DNA from: the human T2T-CHM13v2.0 reference genome, Homo sapiens | Assembly: GCF_009914755.1 (NCBI RefSeq) | Contig: NC_060931.1 | Length of the DNA stretch: 64,000 bases | Reading direction: 5' to 3' (one strand) | Shown here: piece after piece, positions 46,245 to 59,789 of the stretch | How positions within the stretch are numbered: the stretch's first letter is position 1 | Layout of the letters: each line of letters starts with the position of its first letter | Program-made: the position numbers and the translations under genes | Notes under the pieces: model-generated | What the model was told of the DNA's origin: nothing | Databases searched by the model: none | Seen by the model: only the letters and a program-made list of their open reading frames with translations

Positions 46245-46550
46245 TGTGTTAGTCAGAATAGGCTAGGTACTGCAGTATAAACCACCCCAAATTTCAGGCC
46301 CTTACACCTGTCCTATGTCTTTATCCAGTTTGCTCTGGTTCTGCTTCCTTTTTTTCTTCGCTCTGAATTACTGTTGGTTTCATGGCAGAGGGAAACTGAC
46401 AGGGTAATCTACAAGCTATCTCTTAAAGATACTAATTAGACATAACCAAATTCATTTCTGTCCACATTTCATTTATGAAAAGAAGTCACATGGCCAAGGT
46501 GATGTCAGTGAATGCAGGGATGTATTTTGCTGCTGCTGGTTGAAAGCTAA
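46245..46550 (-). mobile_element. Old MLT1-type (I/J/L) LTR remnant
   Basis: tgtgttagtcagaataggctagg...accccaaatttcag...catggcagagggaa...cacatttcatt...aagtcacatggccaag. Confidence 0.6.
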
Positions 46551-48142
46551 TAACTGTAAATATTAAAACTTACCATAACCTTCTTGAAAATGAAAAAAAT
46601 GTTTTGGACTATTATTTCAAGAAACAATATTTGACTTCTGCTTCTATGTCTGATGGAATGGATTGTCATAGACAAGTGCTTCTTGTGAGAACCACTAAAA
46701 TAGCTGGATTAAAAAAAAAAAACTTTTAAAGGATATCAGAAGGCCTCTGAAGCAGACAGGCCCTAATGGCCTGAGATCCTGGAGAGAGAAGAGAAGAGAA
46801 GCTCATTGAGTTGGACCAACATTTTGCACATTGCTTTCTGCTGGAAGGCATTTGCTGGCTCTTAAGCAGCACATGGTGAGAGGCTGAAAATCCAAAGACA
46901 GGTCAGTTGATGAGGCTGAAACACCGGCAGAGATACAACAATCTCATGGGACTGAGGAGACAAGAATTAGAGCTTGAGAGTGCTAAAACAGCCAAGACTT
47001 GAAAGCCTAAAGTCATAGAAGAGAGATGCAAAGAAGAGAGCCCACGGTACAGTACGTGATAGTTCCTCTCACTGGGGCATTTGATGAATTTAAACCATGC
47101 ACAGCAAGAGACTTAGAAGCGGAGATAAGCCCTAAACAAAGCTAAGCAGAGCTGAATTTTCAACAAAACAATGGAAGTAAAAAACAAATTAAATGATATC
47201 TTTAAAGTGTGGATAAAATTAGCTGTCAATTTAGATTTCTGAATTAAGTAAACATATCCTTTAAGAAGACAGACAAAGGCATTTCATACAAGAAGAAACT
47301 GAGTGAGAAAATTTGTTGCCAGAAGACCTGAATTAAAATAAATATGAAAGAAATTTCTGCAGGCAAAAGAAAAATGATAAAATAAGAAAAAATAAGACAA
47401 ATGGAAAAGATGGAAACGTGAGCAAATCTTAGTAAAAATTGATGATGAGAACAAAAATACAAGTAATGTCTCATGGCATTTATCCAAATGTGAATCAAAA
47501 TTGTGACAATAATAACAAAAAAGGTAGGAAGCAGGAAAATAAGATTAAAGTGTACTAGGAACATAGCGTTTTCTGAGAAATAATACAACTCTAGTTTATG
47601 TTAGATTATACTATGCTAAGAATTTTTGTTGTAACCTCCATTATTTTCACTGTAAGTAAAAGAATGTATAAGCTGTTAGGCTTTCTTGCAAGAAAAAAGT
47701 AAGAAAGACACATAAGAAATGTGGGGAAGCTAGAAGTAAGTAATAAAATGGCTATTTAAATCTAAGTATAGAAGTAATTACGTTAAATGTAAACAAAATA
47801 AATTATTAGACTGAATAAAACCCAAAACGTCTATAAGCTGCTTAAAATACATATACCTAAAATAAAAGGATACAGAAATGTTGAAAATCAAGTGTTAGAA
47901 AAAATTACAAGTATACATTAACTAAAAATGTGTCATTATAGCTATATTTGTATTAGATTTATACTGGGCTTTAAGATTTTCTCTATGGAATACGCTGGGC
48001 TATTAAGAAAGTTTTAATACATTTCAAACTACAAAAATCATGAAAACGATCTCCTTTGATTATATTAGAATTAAAACTAGGAATCAATTGCAAAAGAACT
48101 AGAAAATTTCTGAGTATTGGGAAGAAGAAATACACTTTTTTA

Positions 48143-48460
<318 letters not shown>

Positions 48461-48973
48461 GAAAGAGAACAAAACTATGAATAAAACAAACACAAGGCAG
48501 TGAGAAGGTATTTTTAATTGGCATTAAAAAATAGGACATAAACTGTGGAATGCATAAATATCAAAAGAAGAAAGTCATATTGATATCTTAAAGATAAAGC
48601 TACACACATATGCTCACTTATTACAAAATTACTCTACCATGCAGGGAGAAAAGTATGAGTTTTTGCAGAAATTGACAAATTCAATAAATTAGATATCTGT
48701 ATTTTAAAAAGAATATTTACTCCCTACCTCACATAAAGATACAGTCAAATTCCAGTTAAATATAAAATGAATGAGTAAGACTTCTAAAGGAAAATTTAAA
48801 AGGATGTCTTTATGTAATAGCATACAAAAAGCACAAACAAAAAGGGAGGGTTGATACTTGGACCACACTAATTATAAGAAAGGAATAAAATGGTGCATAA
48901 GAATAAAAAGGCAAGCCACAGAAACAGCATTGGGGAATACATTTTTAATGCATATATATATATATATATATAT

Positions 48974-49266
48974 AGAGGCAGAGTCCCACTCTGTTGCCCA
49001 GGCTGGAGTGCAGTAGTGTGATTATAGCTGACTACAGCCATGAACGCCTAGGCTCAAGGGATCCTCCTGCCTCAGTCTCCCAAGTAGCTGGGACTGAAGT
49101 CATGTGCCACTATGCCTGGCTAATTTTTAAACTTTTTTTTTTTTTTTTAATAGATATAGGTTCTTGCTATGTTGCCCAGGTTGGTTTGAACTCCTGGGCT
49201 TAAGTGATCCTTCCATCTCCTTTTCCCAAACTGCTGGAATTATAGGTGAGAGCCACCATGCCTGGC
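48974..49266 (-). mobile_element. AluJ-like SINE flanked on both sides by (TA)n tracts
   Basis: Diverged dimer; (TA)n at ~48951-48973 and ~49267-49340. Confidence 0.9.
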
Positions 49267-49340
49267 ATATATATATATATATATATATATGCATATATAT
49301 GTGTATATACACGTATATACATATGTGTATATATATATAT

Positions 49341-49535
49341 TTTTTGTGACTAGCTTACTTTATTTAACATTATGTCCTCCAAGTTCATCCATGTTATTAC
49401 AAATGGCAGAATTTACTTCATTTTTCAAGGCTAATTTTTCTTAACTATTGATCTGTGGCTGGACACTAAGTTTGATTCTGTATCTTGGCTATTATGAGTA
49501 ATGTAGGAGTAAACATGGGAGTACAAATATCTCTT
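49341..49535 (-). mobile_element. L1MA-type 3' fragment
   Basis: aagttcatccatgtt...aaatggcagaattt...atcttggctatt...aacatgggagtacaaatatctctt. Confidence 0.7.
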
Positions 49536-49560
49536 TTTTTAACATTAAGATTAATTTATT

Positions 49561-51003
<1,443 letters not shown>

Positions 51004-51272
51004 TTCTTAATAGAACTTAAAATCTGCAAAGAATTCCTACAAATCAGTAAGAAACAGAAAGACAATCAAGTAGAAAAATGGACAAAATACTTGAACAAAA
51101 ATTTCATAAAGAGAATATCCAAATAATGATAAACATATGACAACATACTTTGATCTCATTAGTAGGCAAGAAAATCTAAATTAAACCCAAAATAAGATAC
51201 TACTACACACCTGCCATGATGGTTGAATTTTAAAAGACTGGCAGTACCTATTTTTATGAGAATATGATATAG

Positions 51273-51770
<498 letters not shown>

Positions 51771-52661
51771 CAGGGACTCTTACACACTGCTGGTGGGAGT
51801 GTAAATTGATACAACTTATTTGTAACACTACTTGGCAGTTATCTATGCCTACCACTTGACCAGCAATCCATTCTTGTACCCTACAGAAATGTGTATGCAT
51901 ATGCACCAAAAGACATATTTAAGAATATTTGTAGTACCATTATTTGTCATAGCCCCCAGCTGAAAACAACCTACCTATCCATTAGCAGTAGAACAGATAA
52001 ATAAATTGTGGCATATTTATACCAGGGATTACCATATATCAGTGAGAATAAATGACTACTATTTAATGCAACAACATGGATAAGTCTCATAAACTTAATA
52101 TTGACTAAAAACAATCCAGACACTTAAAAAGTTTATCCTGTGTAATTCCATTTATATGAAATCCTGAAACAGGCAGAGCTAATCAATGGTGATAGAAGTC
52201 AGAAAGGTTATTATTTTTGGAGAAGAAAGTATATTGATTATGTGAGGTCATGGAGGTAGCTTGGAGATGCCATCATTGTCCTATTTCTTAATCTGCAAAT
52301 TGATTACACAGGTGTGTTCGCTTTGCACAAATAATTTATTGAGCAATACATATGTGTACATTATACCTAGATATTATCTTGTTTTGTAATCAACATTTTG
52401 GCTTGGGGGGCAACATATTTTTAAGATCTATTTGGTGCCAGGTAGAGAGAGGTTCATATGTAGAATGTAATTCTGATTCCCTTTATCGTGTTATTTTTTT
52501 CTTTTCCTTTAGAAGTAGAAGCTTATTTAGTTTTCTCTTCCTTTACCAGAAATGTGGCGAGTCTACAATAAATGTTACCCTCTCTTCTCTGGATTATCTT
52601 TGTGAAAAGTATCTGGATTCATGCCTCTGGATGTATATAAAACGCCTGTGGAAAATCAGAT

Positions 52662-52705
52662 ATCGAAATGAAATCGAAATCGAAATGAAAAATCGAAATG
52701 AAAAA
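52662..52705. repeat. Short tandem array of ATCGAAATGAA-like units
   Basis: atcgaaatgaa atcgaa atcgaaatgaaaa atcgaaatgaaaaa. Confidence 0.9.
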
Positions 52706-53385
52706 GGCACAAAATGAACTAGTTTCTTTTACTTTGTAACTTTTAAGAATATGAATTGTGTACCAGAAAGTTTTAGATTTTAGAAAGTTTTAGATTTTCT
52801 GAAAGTCATAAAAAGGAAAAAGTAACAACAGCAGGATTATCAATGCTTTAAGATAGTAAAGGGGAGGTTTAGGTAGACTGAGCGTAGAATGAGCAGGGGA
52901 AGATAGGTAAAGATGACAAGGTATTCTGAAAGTTGGTTTCTCCACCACTGGGACTGCAAACAGATATCAAGATAAAATATTTATTTTTTTCTAGGTGTAA
53001 CATGCTCTCCACAGTGGCTTTATGACAGATCTTATTTCCAATTTCTATTTGAAATAATCACCTAGTGAGGCTTTTGCTGATATCGTGGCTGGGCTAATGC
53101 TGTCTTGTGTGTAGCCTGCTGCCTAGCAGGAGCATGACGGGGGCATGTAGCACAGTCACATAGGGCCACTGAGACAGACAGGAGCAAACCCAGAGTGGGT
53201 AAAGAGTGAAGAGTTTTCCTGCTGTCTTGTGATCATTTACATTACTGTTATTTCTGTCTTTGTTGCATTATTTGACTTTTAAATTTTTACATTCTGGGAA
53301 AAATAAATTATATCTTAAGCTGTAACTCCAATTATTGCAATATGATAAACACACCAAGAAACAGCTATTCAGTCTGGGACATAAC

Positions 53386-53487
53386 TAGGGTGGCCAGGCA
53401 TCGCATCCAGCGTTACCTGTCTATTTAGAGGTCTGATTTACTATCAAAAGGGTCCCAGTTTGGTCAATAAATTATATCGTCATCCTG
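53386..53487 (-). mobile_element. MER94-like hAT MITE
   Basis: Termini tagggtggcca / tcgtcatcctg and internal gtcccagtttggtcaataaattatat. Confidence 0.7.
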
Positions 53488-53953
53488 TATCAACCTTATT
53501 GACTTTGACCTTAGATTGGGGCTCAATGGGTGATTGCTCTGCTAAATCAACAAAGAAATAAGCCATACTTTTATGCTGAAAAAGTTATTTTCTAAGAAGC
53601 AACATTGAACTTGTTTTAACAAGATAATGTAGAGTTTTTTTTTTTCTCAATAGACACATCAAAGTGTGTTCTGTCACATAAACTTTATATGACTAGGAAT
53701 ATATACTTATATACAAGATACATATATAACACAAGACTAGAACTATATACAGCTGTTGGCATTCATAGCAAAGGGAAACCACTTTTATGCCAAATCTATG
53801 TAAACTTTATAAAATGGTGGATATTTTTAAAGGTAAAGATAAAAACTAGAAATATCAAATGGCAAGCCTGAACAGGAGACTCCAGAAGTCCAACATTATT
53901 TTGATAATGTTTGGAACTCCACTTATTGCATATCTGCTAGCTTGTTTGATCTA

Positions 53954-54377
53954 TGTATTAGAGTTCTCTAGAGGTACAGAACTAATAGAATATATATATG
54001 TCAAGTATTAACCCACAAGATCACAAGTTCCCACAATAGGCCATCTGCAGGCTGAGGAGTAAGGAGAGCCAGTCCAAGTTCCAAAACTGAAGAACCTGGA
54101 ATCCAATGTTCAAGGGCAGGAAGCATCCAGCACTGGAGAAAGATGTAGGCTGGGAGACTAGGCCCTTCTCTCTTTTCATATTTTTCTGCCTGCTTGTATT
54201 CTAGCTGCACTGGCAGCTGATTGGATTGTGCCCACCCAGATTAAGGGTGGGTCTGCCTTTTCCAGCCCACTGACTCAAATGTTAATCTCTTTTGGCAACA
54301 CCCTCACAGACACACCCAGGATCAATACTTTGCATCCTTCAATCCAATCAAGTCGACATGCAGTATTAACCATCACA
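53954..54377 (-). mobile_element. MLT2A1-like ERVL solo LTR
   Basis: tgtattag.gttctctagagg.acagaactaatag...cccagattaagggtgggtctgcc...ggcaacaccctcacagacacacccagg...attaaccatcaca; TSD atcta/atcca. Confidence 0.92.
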
Positions 54378-56049
54378 ATCCAGTAAACAGTTTGAGTTAC
54401 ACATCTATGGGCTAAATTTTTCAAAGATATTGAATGTTCTCAGATGAGATTTTACTACTATTGCATGAATTTGCTTTATTTGTGTATGGATTTTTCATCA
54501 AAAATAATGATAGAATGCTTTCTGTATAACTGCTGTTTGTACAGAAAACGTATAGAAACCATAGCTAGCATAGATGGCTATGGGATGCCTCCTCTCCTTA
54601 ACCTTTATTACCCTTAAATTCTTTACTATCCAGAAGTAGAATCCTGCTTTTGGCTTTTGTTCACAGCTGAAGATGATTGACTACGTTCATGCATAGGACA
54701 TGGATAATCACGTGAGGCTTGTGTGCCTATTCCCTTTAGGGCTGAGAGCAAGGGGAATGTCCAATCTTGCCTGTTGCCATGCAGGAGGCAGCAAGATCCC
54801 TGGTGGTTATCCTAGGTTTGGCTAATTTTTAAACTACCATTTATATTTCTCTTTTTCTTCTCCCTGAGCTGACTGACTTACTTGCTCATAAAGGATTTTT
54901 ATGTTCAAGAAGAGCTACAAGGCTTTATGAGAACTTGAGTGTTCTCTGTTTTATGTTCATGTGGAGGGAAGAAATCTTACAGCTTATCATACACAGATAC
55001 TCTTAACACACATGCATTCATGCACATATAGGGACTCAAAGCACCTACCTTGTAAAAATATAGTATGTAAATAGACTTTTGGTGCTTAAACTTGCATTTA
55101 TTTTTGAAATTCCTTTGATTCATATTTAAAGGCATAGCTTGTTTTTAGTATTATGATGGTGCAAATTACAGCCAAAGAGTCTAGTTTATTTTGTATGTAA
55201 AATAGAAATCAAGTTCCAAATGAGAAGGGAGCAGCATATGCAGTCACAGCTAGATAACCTTTTCCAATATTTTCCCCTCTCTAATAACCTCTCCTGGGCC
55301 CAAGCAGAGATGTCAACCGAAACCACCATCTCACTGGCCTACTTCAGGTATAATACTGCTCTTCTTCTAGTTTAACTGAGATGGGGGCAAAACAAGGTCA
55401 AACTCTCTGAAACAGAATTTTCTATAGGAAACTTAGGAAAATGAAAACACAGAAAAATACTGACATAAATGATTGTAAAACCCCCACCGATTTCTAATCT
55501 TTACCGAAGGTGCACAAAGGGGCTGGGTAGGCAGGGCTCACATGACGGAGAGTGCTTGGCCTTTGTACTAGCCATACCTCATTTCTTTGGGAAATTCTGG
55601 TTGGGGATGTACCTCAAGCCCTCTGTTCAGTCTTTGCACCTTTTTCCAGCTTCTTTATTTTCACTCTACTCCTACAGTTGCCTATGTAGTGGAGAAAGAG
55701 CCTTCCTTCTCTTTCAGTGAAGATCCACGAGCCATCACTGTTAGAAATGATGACATGATGAATATCTTTGCATGGAAGTCTTTGCCTGGACTTTTTGAGG
55801 TGTACTACCTAAATGTGTTCCACAGAGGTTATACATGTTCCATTCCACTGGTATGAATATGTCCATCTTTACCAGAAATAACTATTTTTAAGGTATATGT
55901 TCCAATTCGATAGGTCGAGAATGTGTATACTAATCTTGAGGGGGGATATTAAAAAGCCTCTAGGGACTGCTTACTTTAGGAATTTACTGTTTTTGTTTTT
56001 TGCTCATTAAAACGTGTCAAGAGTATTTTTTAGCCCTGATTATATTTTT

Positions 56050-56260
56050 AACCTCTTTTCTGAGCCTTTTTCTTCCTTTTCCCCCTCTTTTTTCCTACCT
56101 TCCTTCCAATCTTTTTTTATTTCTTCATATTCTTTTTCGTTTTTTCCTTCCTTTCTTCCTTCATTCTATTCTTTCCTCCCTTTCACTGTCTTTTTCTTTC
56201 TTCCTTTCCTTCCCCTTCTTCCATCTCTCATTTTTTCTTTCTTATTTCTCTCCCTCTCTC
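56050..56260. repeat. CT-rich low-complexity (polypyrimidine/polypurine) tract
   Basis: About 200 bp composed almost only of C and T (ccttcctt, ttcttt units). Confidence 0.85.
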
Positions 56261-56831
56261 TAAAGAGGTTTTGTTAGAAATATTTTTTAAAATAATATTT
56301 AAAAACAGTGCTTCCAAGTTGAAAAGATTTTTTTGTTGATTTTGATTTACAATTTGGAATATGTTTATAGTGCTTGTCCCTCTTAAGAAATAAAATATTT
56401 TCAAAGTGTGAAACAAAGGAAGAGATAGAAACCTAATAGTAAGTTAAATTGTATTTTTTTTAAACTCCTTATTTCATGGTCCTTGATAGTAGATCTAATA
56501 GTATTTGTGATTGAGAGATGTATTTTCCCCTTTTTTTCCTTCCTGCTTTGACTTAAGCTCAATTAATACAGAACCTGGATTCAATAGTGTCTTTATTAAT
56601 GAATAGGTTAAAAGCAGTGACATTTATACACCATAGTGTAAAATAGAAGACACAGAGATGCATTTCACTCTGTGAATTTCTTTTTTGATTCATCATGGAC
56701 TAAAGGCTACTGTCATTCAAATTTACCTATATTATGGGTAGGAAGAGTTGCCAAAGTTAATCTTTCTAAGCCTGAGATTTCTCACACATAAAATGGGGAT
56801 CCTTGTGGAACTGGGAGTTTTTTTTTTCCTA

Positions 56832-57016
56832 AGTTTTTAATTTGAGGTAATTGTAGGGTTACATGCAGTTATAAAAATTCATGCAGAGTGGTCTCATAGG
56901 CCCTTCACTCAGTCTCTCCCAATAGCAACACCTTGTATAACCACAGAACAATATTACAACGAGGAAATTGACATTGGTCCAATCCACTCACTTCATTCTG
57001 ATTTCACCAGCTTTAC

Positions 57017-57047
<31 letters not shown>

Positions 57048-57062
57048 CTATTTGGTTCTATG
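56832..57062 (-). mobile_element. L1MC-type 3' end fragment with (TG)n at 57017-57040
   Basis: ttgaggtaattgtag..ttacatgcagtt...ggaaattgacattg...tgatttcaccag. Confidence 0.75.
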
Positions 57063-57431
57063 GAGGCTTATAGTTTTTAATTATCTGGCACAGTGTCTGT
57101 AATGTAGTATTTCCTCAAAAACTATTTAATAACAATCTTTGCCTACCTAATATTTCCTATCTCTTTTTTCCAAAGAAGAACATCTTAGAACTCTTGACCT
57201 TTGATGGCTCATCACAATTAAAAAGATCATTTGTTTAGTGATGCAGAACTCACACTAAACCTCTTACTCTACTCCCTCTAGGGAGGAGGAAGCTCAGGGT
57301 TGGTTAGTGGCAGAGTCAGGGCTTGGCTCCAAACTAAATCATCTGACTCTTTCCATGATAACCATTTCCCAAAGTTGTTAGAATATAAAAATTATCTGAT
57401 GTGCCACTCACACCTCCGTGTGTATACAAAT

Positions 57432-57562
57432 ACATGAGGATCCTGTTACATGACAGGTATAGATTCAACAGGTCTGGGGTGGAACCTGGAATTCTGTATT
57501 TCTAACAAGCTTCTAGATGATACTGATACTACTGGCCCACCAACAATACCTTATGTAGCAAG
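57432..57562. mobile_element. MER5A1-like hAT-Charlie remnant
   Basis: gattcaacaggtctggggtgg...attctgtatttctaacaagctt. Confidence 0.65.
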
Positions 57563-58469
57563 AATCTCAGACACTAGCAAAAAATTCAGACTTCCAGCAC
57601 CTTCTTTCTAAGATTTTGCTTCAAAAAGGCTAGAGGGGAGTCTAGGGATTTATATTTTTATCTAATATCCGAGGCAATTTTTAGGATACATTATTTTCGG
57701 CAGACAGCTACTATTTCTTATACTGCTTTCGTCCAGAGTTTCTGATGTCTCCTGTTTTCTTTTAAACTTAAAATTATTATTTACCTTAATATTGTAATTT
57801 AATTTAATGCACTTGGTTTTTTTTTTTTTTTTTGCTCCTGTCATTTTATTTTGCTTAATGTGTTTTTTTGTCTTTTGTAGGCTAAAATTCTAGAAGGAGA
57901 ATCAGACTCTTGCTGAAAGTTTAATTCAACTCATAACAGCTTTAAGCTGTTAAAATAATTTGAGTGTTAGTCCATTTGACACACAGAGACTTTATCAGTG
58001 CTTTAAAAATTCTTCCTCCACCTGTATATAATGGCTCTTTTTCTGATCTAAATAAATAACACATTGGATTTGCAACCAGAATTTCTTATCATCTCCGAAT
58101 TTACTCTTCCCAGGTCCAGATAAAAAGTAGTGCTTAATCCCCTGAAGATATAGACAGCTATGTGAATGGGTCATATTGATAAAAGAGAATCATGGCCACG
58201 GAGGAATAGCTGGGTTCAAGTGCAAAAGCTGAAGCTGTATAAATTATCAAGTAATATGAGAATTGGAAAATATCATTATAAGTAACTTGTGAAAACCCCT
58301 GATGTTTTAAATTAGCCATGAAATGTGACTTACTTTGTAATATTATGAAGCTTCTAAAAATCCCAGCTTTTAAATCAAACTTTTGCTATTCGGTAGAAAC
58401 ACAGCAGGACTTCAAAATAATTTACAGCTATTTGCTGTGTTAGTAATTCCTTTAAGGCAACTCTTGAAG

Positions 58470-58600
58470 GGAGAAAATCATGATTAATCCCCACTTTATG
58501 GATGATGGGACTGAGGTATTAAGATGGCTTGAAGCTTTGTTTAGGCAACACTTGCATTTTTTAGTCTCAGTCCAAAGCCCTCATCTCTACTTTTTCCAGG
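58470..58600 (-). mobile_element. MIR remnant
   Basis: atccccactttatggatgatgggactgagg. Confidence 0.5.
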
Positions 58601-59218
58601 GTGCCTGCTTTTATTATTTTGGCTTATCTTGATGAATGACATGGAATCAATTTTCAGAAGTTGACTTAAACCACTTAGAACAGTGAGGTAAATTTAGCAA
58701 TATTGCTTTATCAGATTGATGGACAAAGGTTAGTTTTGTGGGGCTACTATTTTAATTTTTGGATTTTTTAACGTTTTGTTTATTTTCTTCAAATAATTCA
58801 TATTTAGGACCACTATTTTAGATAACTGTCCTTCAGTCATTGTCAACAATCAAGTAAAGGAGAGAAGACATTGCAATTCTAATTGAAGTACATATTTGTA
58901 CATTATAAATCCCAGAGAATTCCCTTGACATTTGGTTCTTTAGTAAAATAAACACCTTACTTTGGTGTTTTATGCTTTGGGAAACATGTTTTTGCATGCA
59001 GATATTTTAAAAATATTCTGCATAACCCTGTGTTTTCTGTAAGACAGATCTTAAAAGATGAGGCTACTGGTGTTTGTTCGGAATGCTAAAGAGACTCGCT
59101 CAGTGTAGAGGCAGGAATAGAGCTCACTTGTGGTTTCTGCTTCAATTCTCTTCTTATGTCAAAGGAAGTAACTGAAAGTAACTGGTCAACAACCCCCATT
59201 CCTGGACACAATACATAT

Positions 59219-59571
59219 TTTATATAGTTTGGCTATGTCCCCAACCAAAATCTCATCTTGGATTCTAATAATCCCCACGTGTCAAGGGTGGGACCAGGTG
59301 GAGGTAATTGAATCATGGTGGAGTTTTCCCCATGTTGTTCCCATAGTGAGTGAGTCTCACAAGATCTGATGGTTTTATAAGCATCTAGCATTTCTCCTGC
59401 TTGCATTCATTCTCTCTCCTGCAACGCTGTGAAGCGGTGTCACTGCCGTGATTGTAAGTTTCCTGAGGCTTCCCCAGACATGCAGAACTGTGAGTCAATT
59501 AAACATCTTGTCTTTATAAATTACCCAGTTTTGGATATTTCTTCATAGCAGCATGAGAATGGGCTAATACC
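59219..59571 (+). mobile_element. THE1 (C/D-like) MaLR solo LTR
   Basis: atagtttggctatgtcccca.ccaaaatctcatcttg...gatctgatggttttataag...gaactgtgagtcaattaaac...ctaatac. Confidence 0.9.
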
Positions 59572-59601
59572 ATATTTCACTAAATTCATAGTTTATGTAA
59601 T

Positions 59602-59789
59602 TGTTTTATCAAAGTGTGGTACCCAGACAGTCAATATCAGAATAACCTGGAGTTCTTGATTAAAAGAAATATGCTTTCATTGCGCCTTGAGGTTACTGAA
59701 AGAGAACTTTTTGGGGGGCAGTCTTGTAATGTGCGCTTTGAGAAGGTCCCCAGGTAATTTTTGTGATTACTAACATTTGAGATCCACAG
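59602..59789. mobile_element. MER5A-like hAT-Charlie MITE
   Basis: tcaaagtgtggt.cccagac...atcagaat.acctgg...ccccaggt.att...tttgaga.ccac. Confidence 0.65.

Noticed and set aside
52352-52717. 121-aa ORF ending RNEIEIEMKNRNEK
   Set aside because: Starts in the L1ME 3' end, and its repetitive tail is just the GAAA micro-array
56000-56277. Phe/Leu/Ser-rich membrane-like ORFs
   Set aside because: Translation of a CT-rich low-complexity tract
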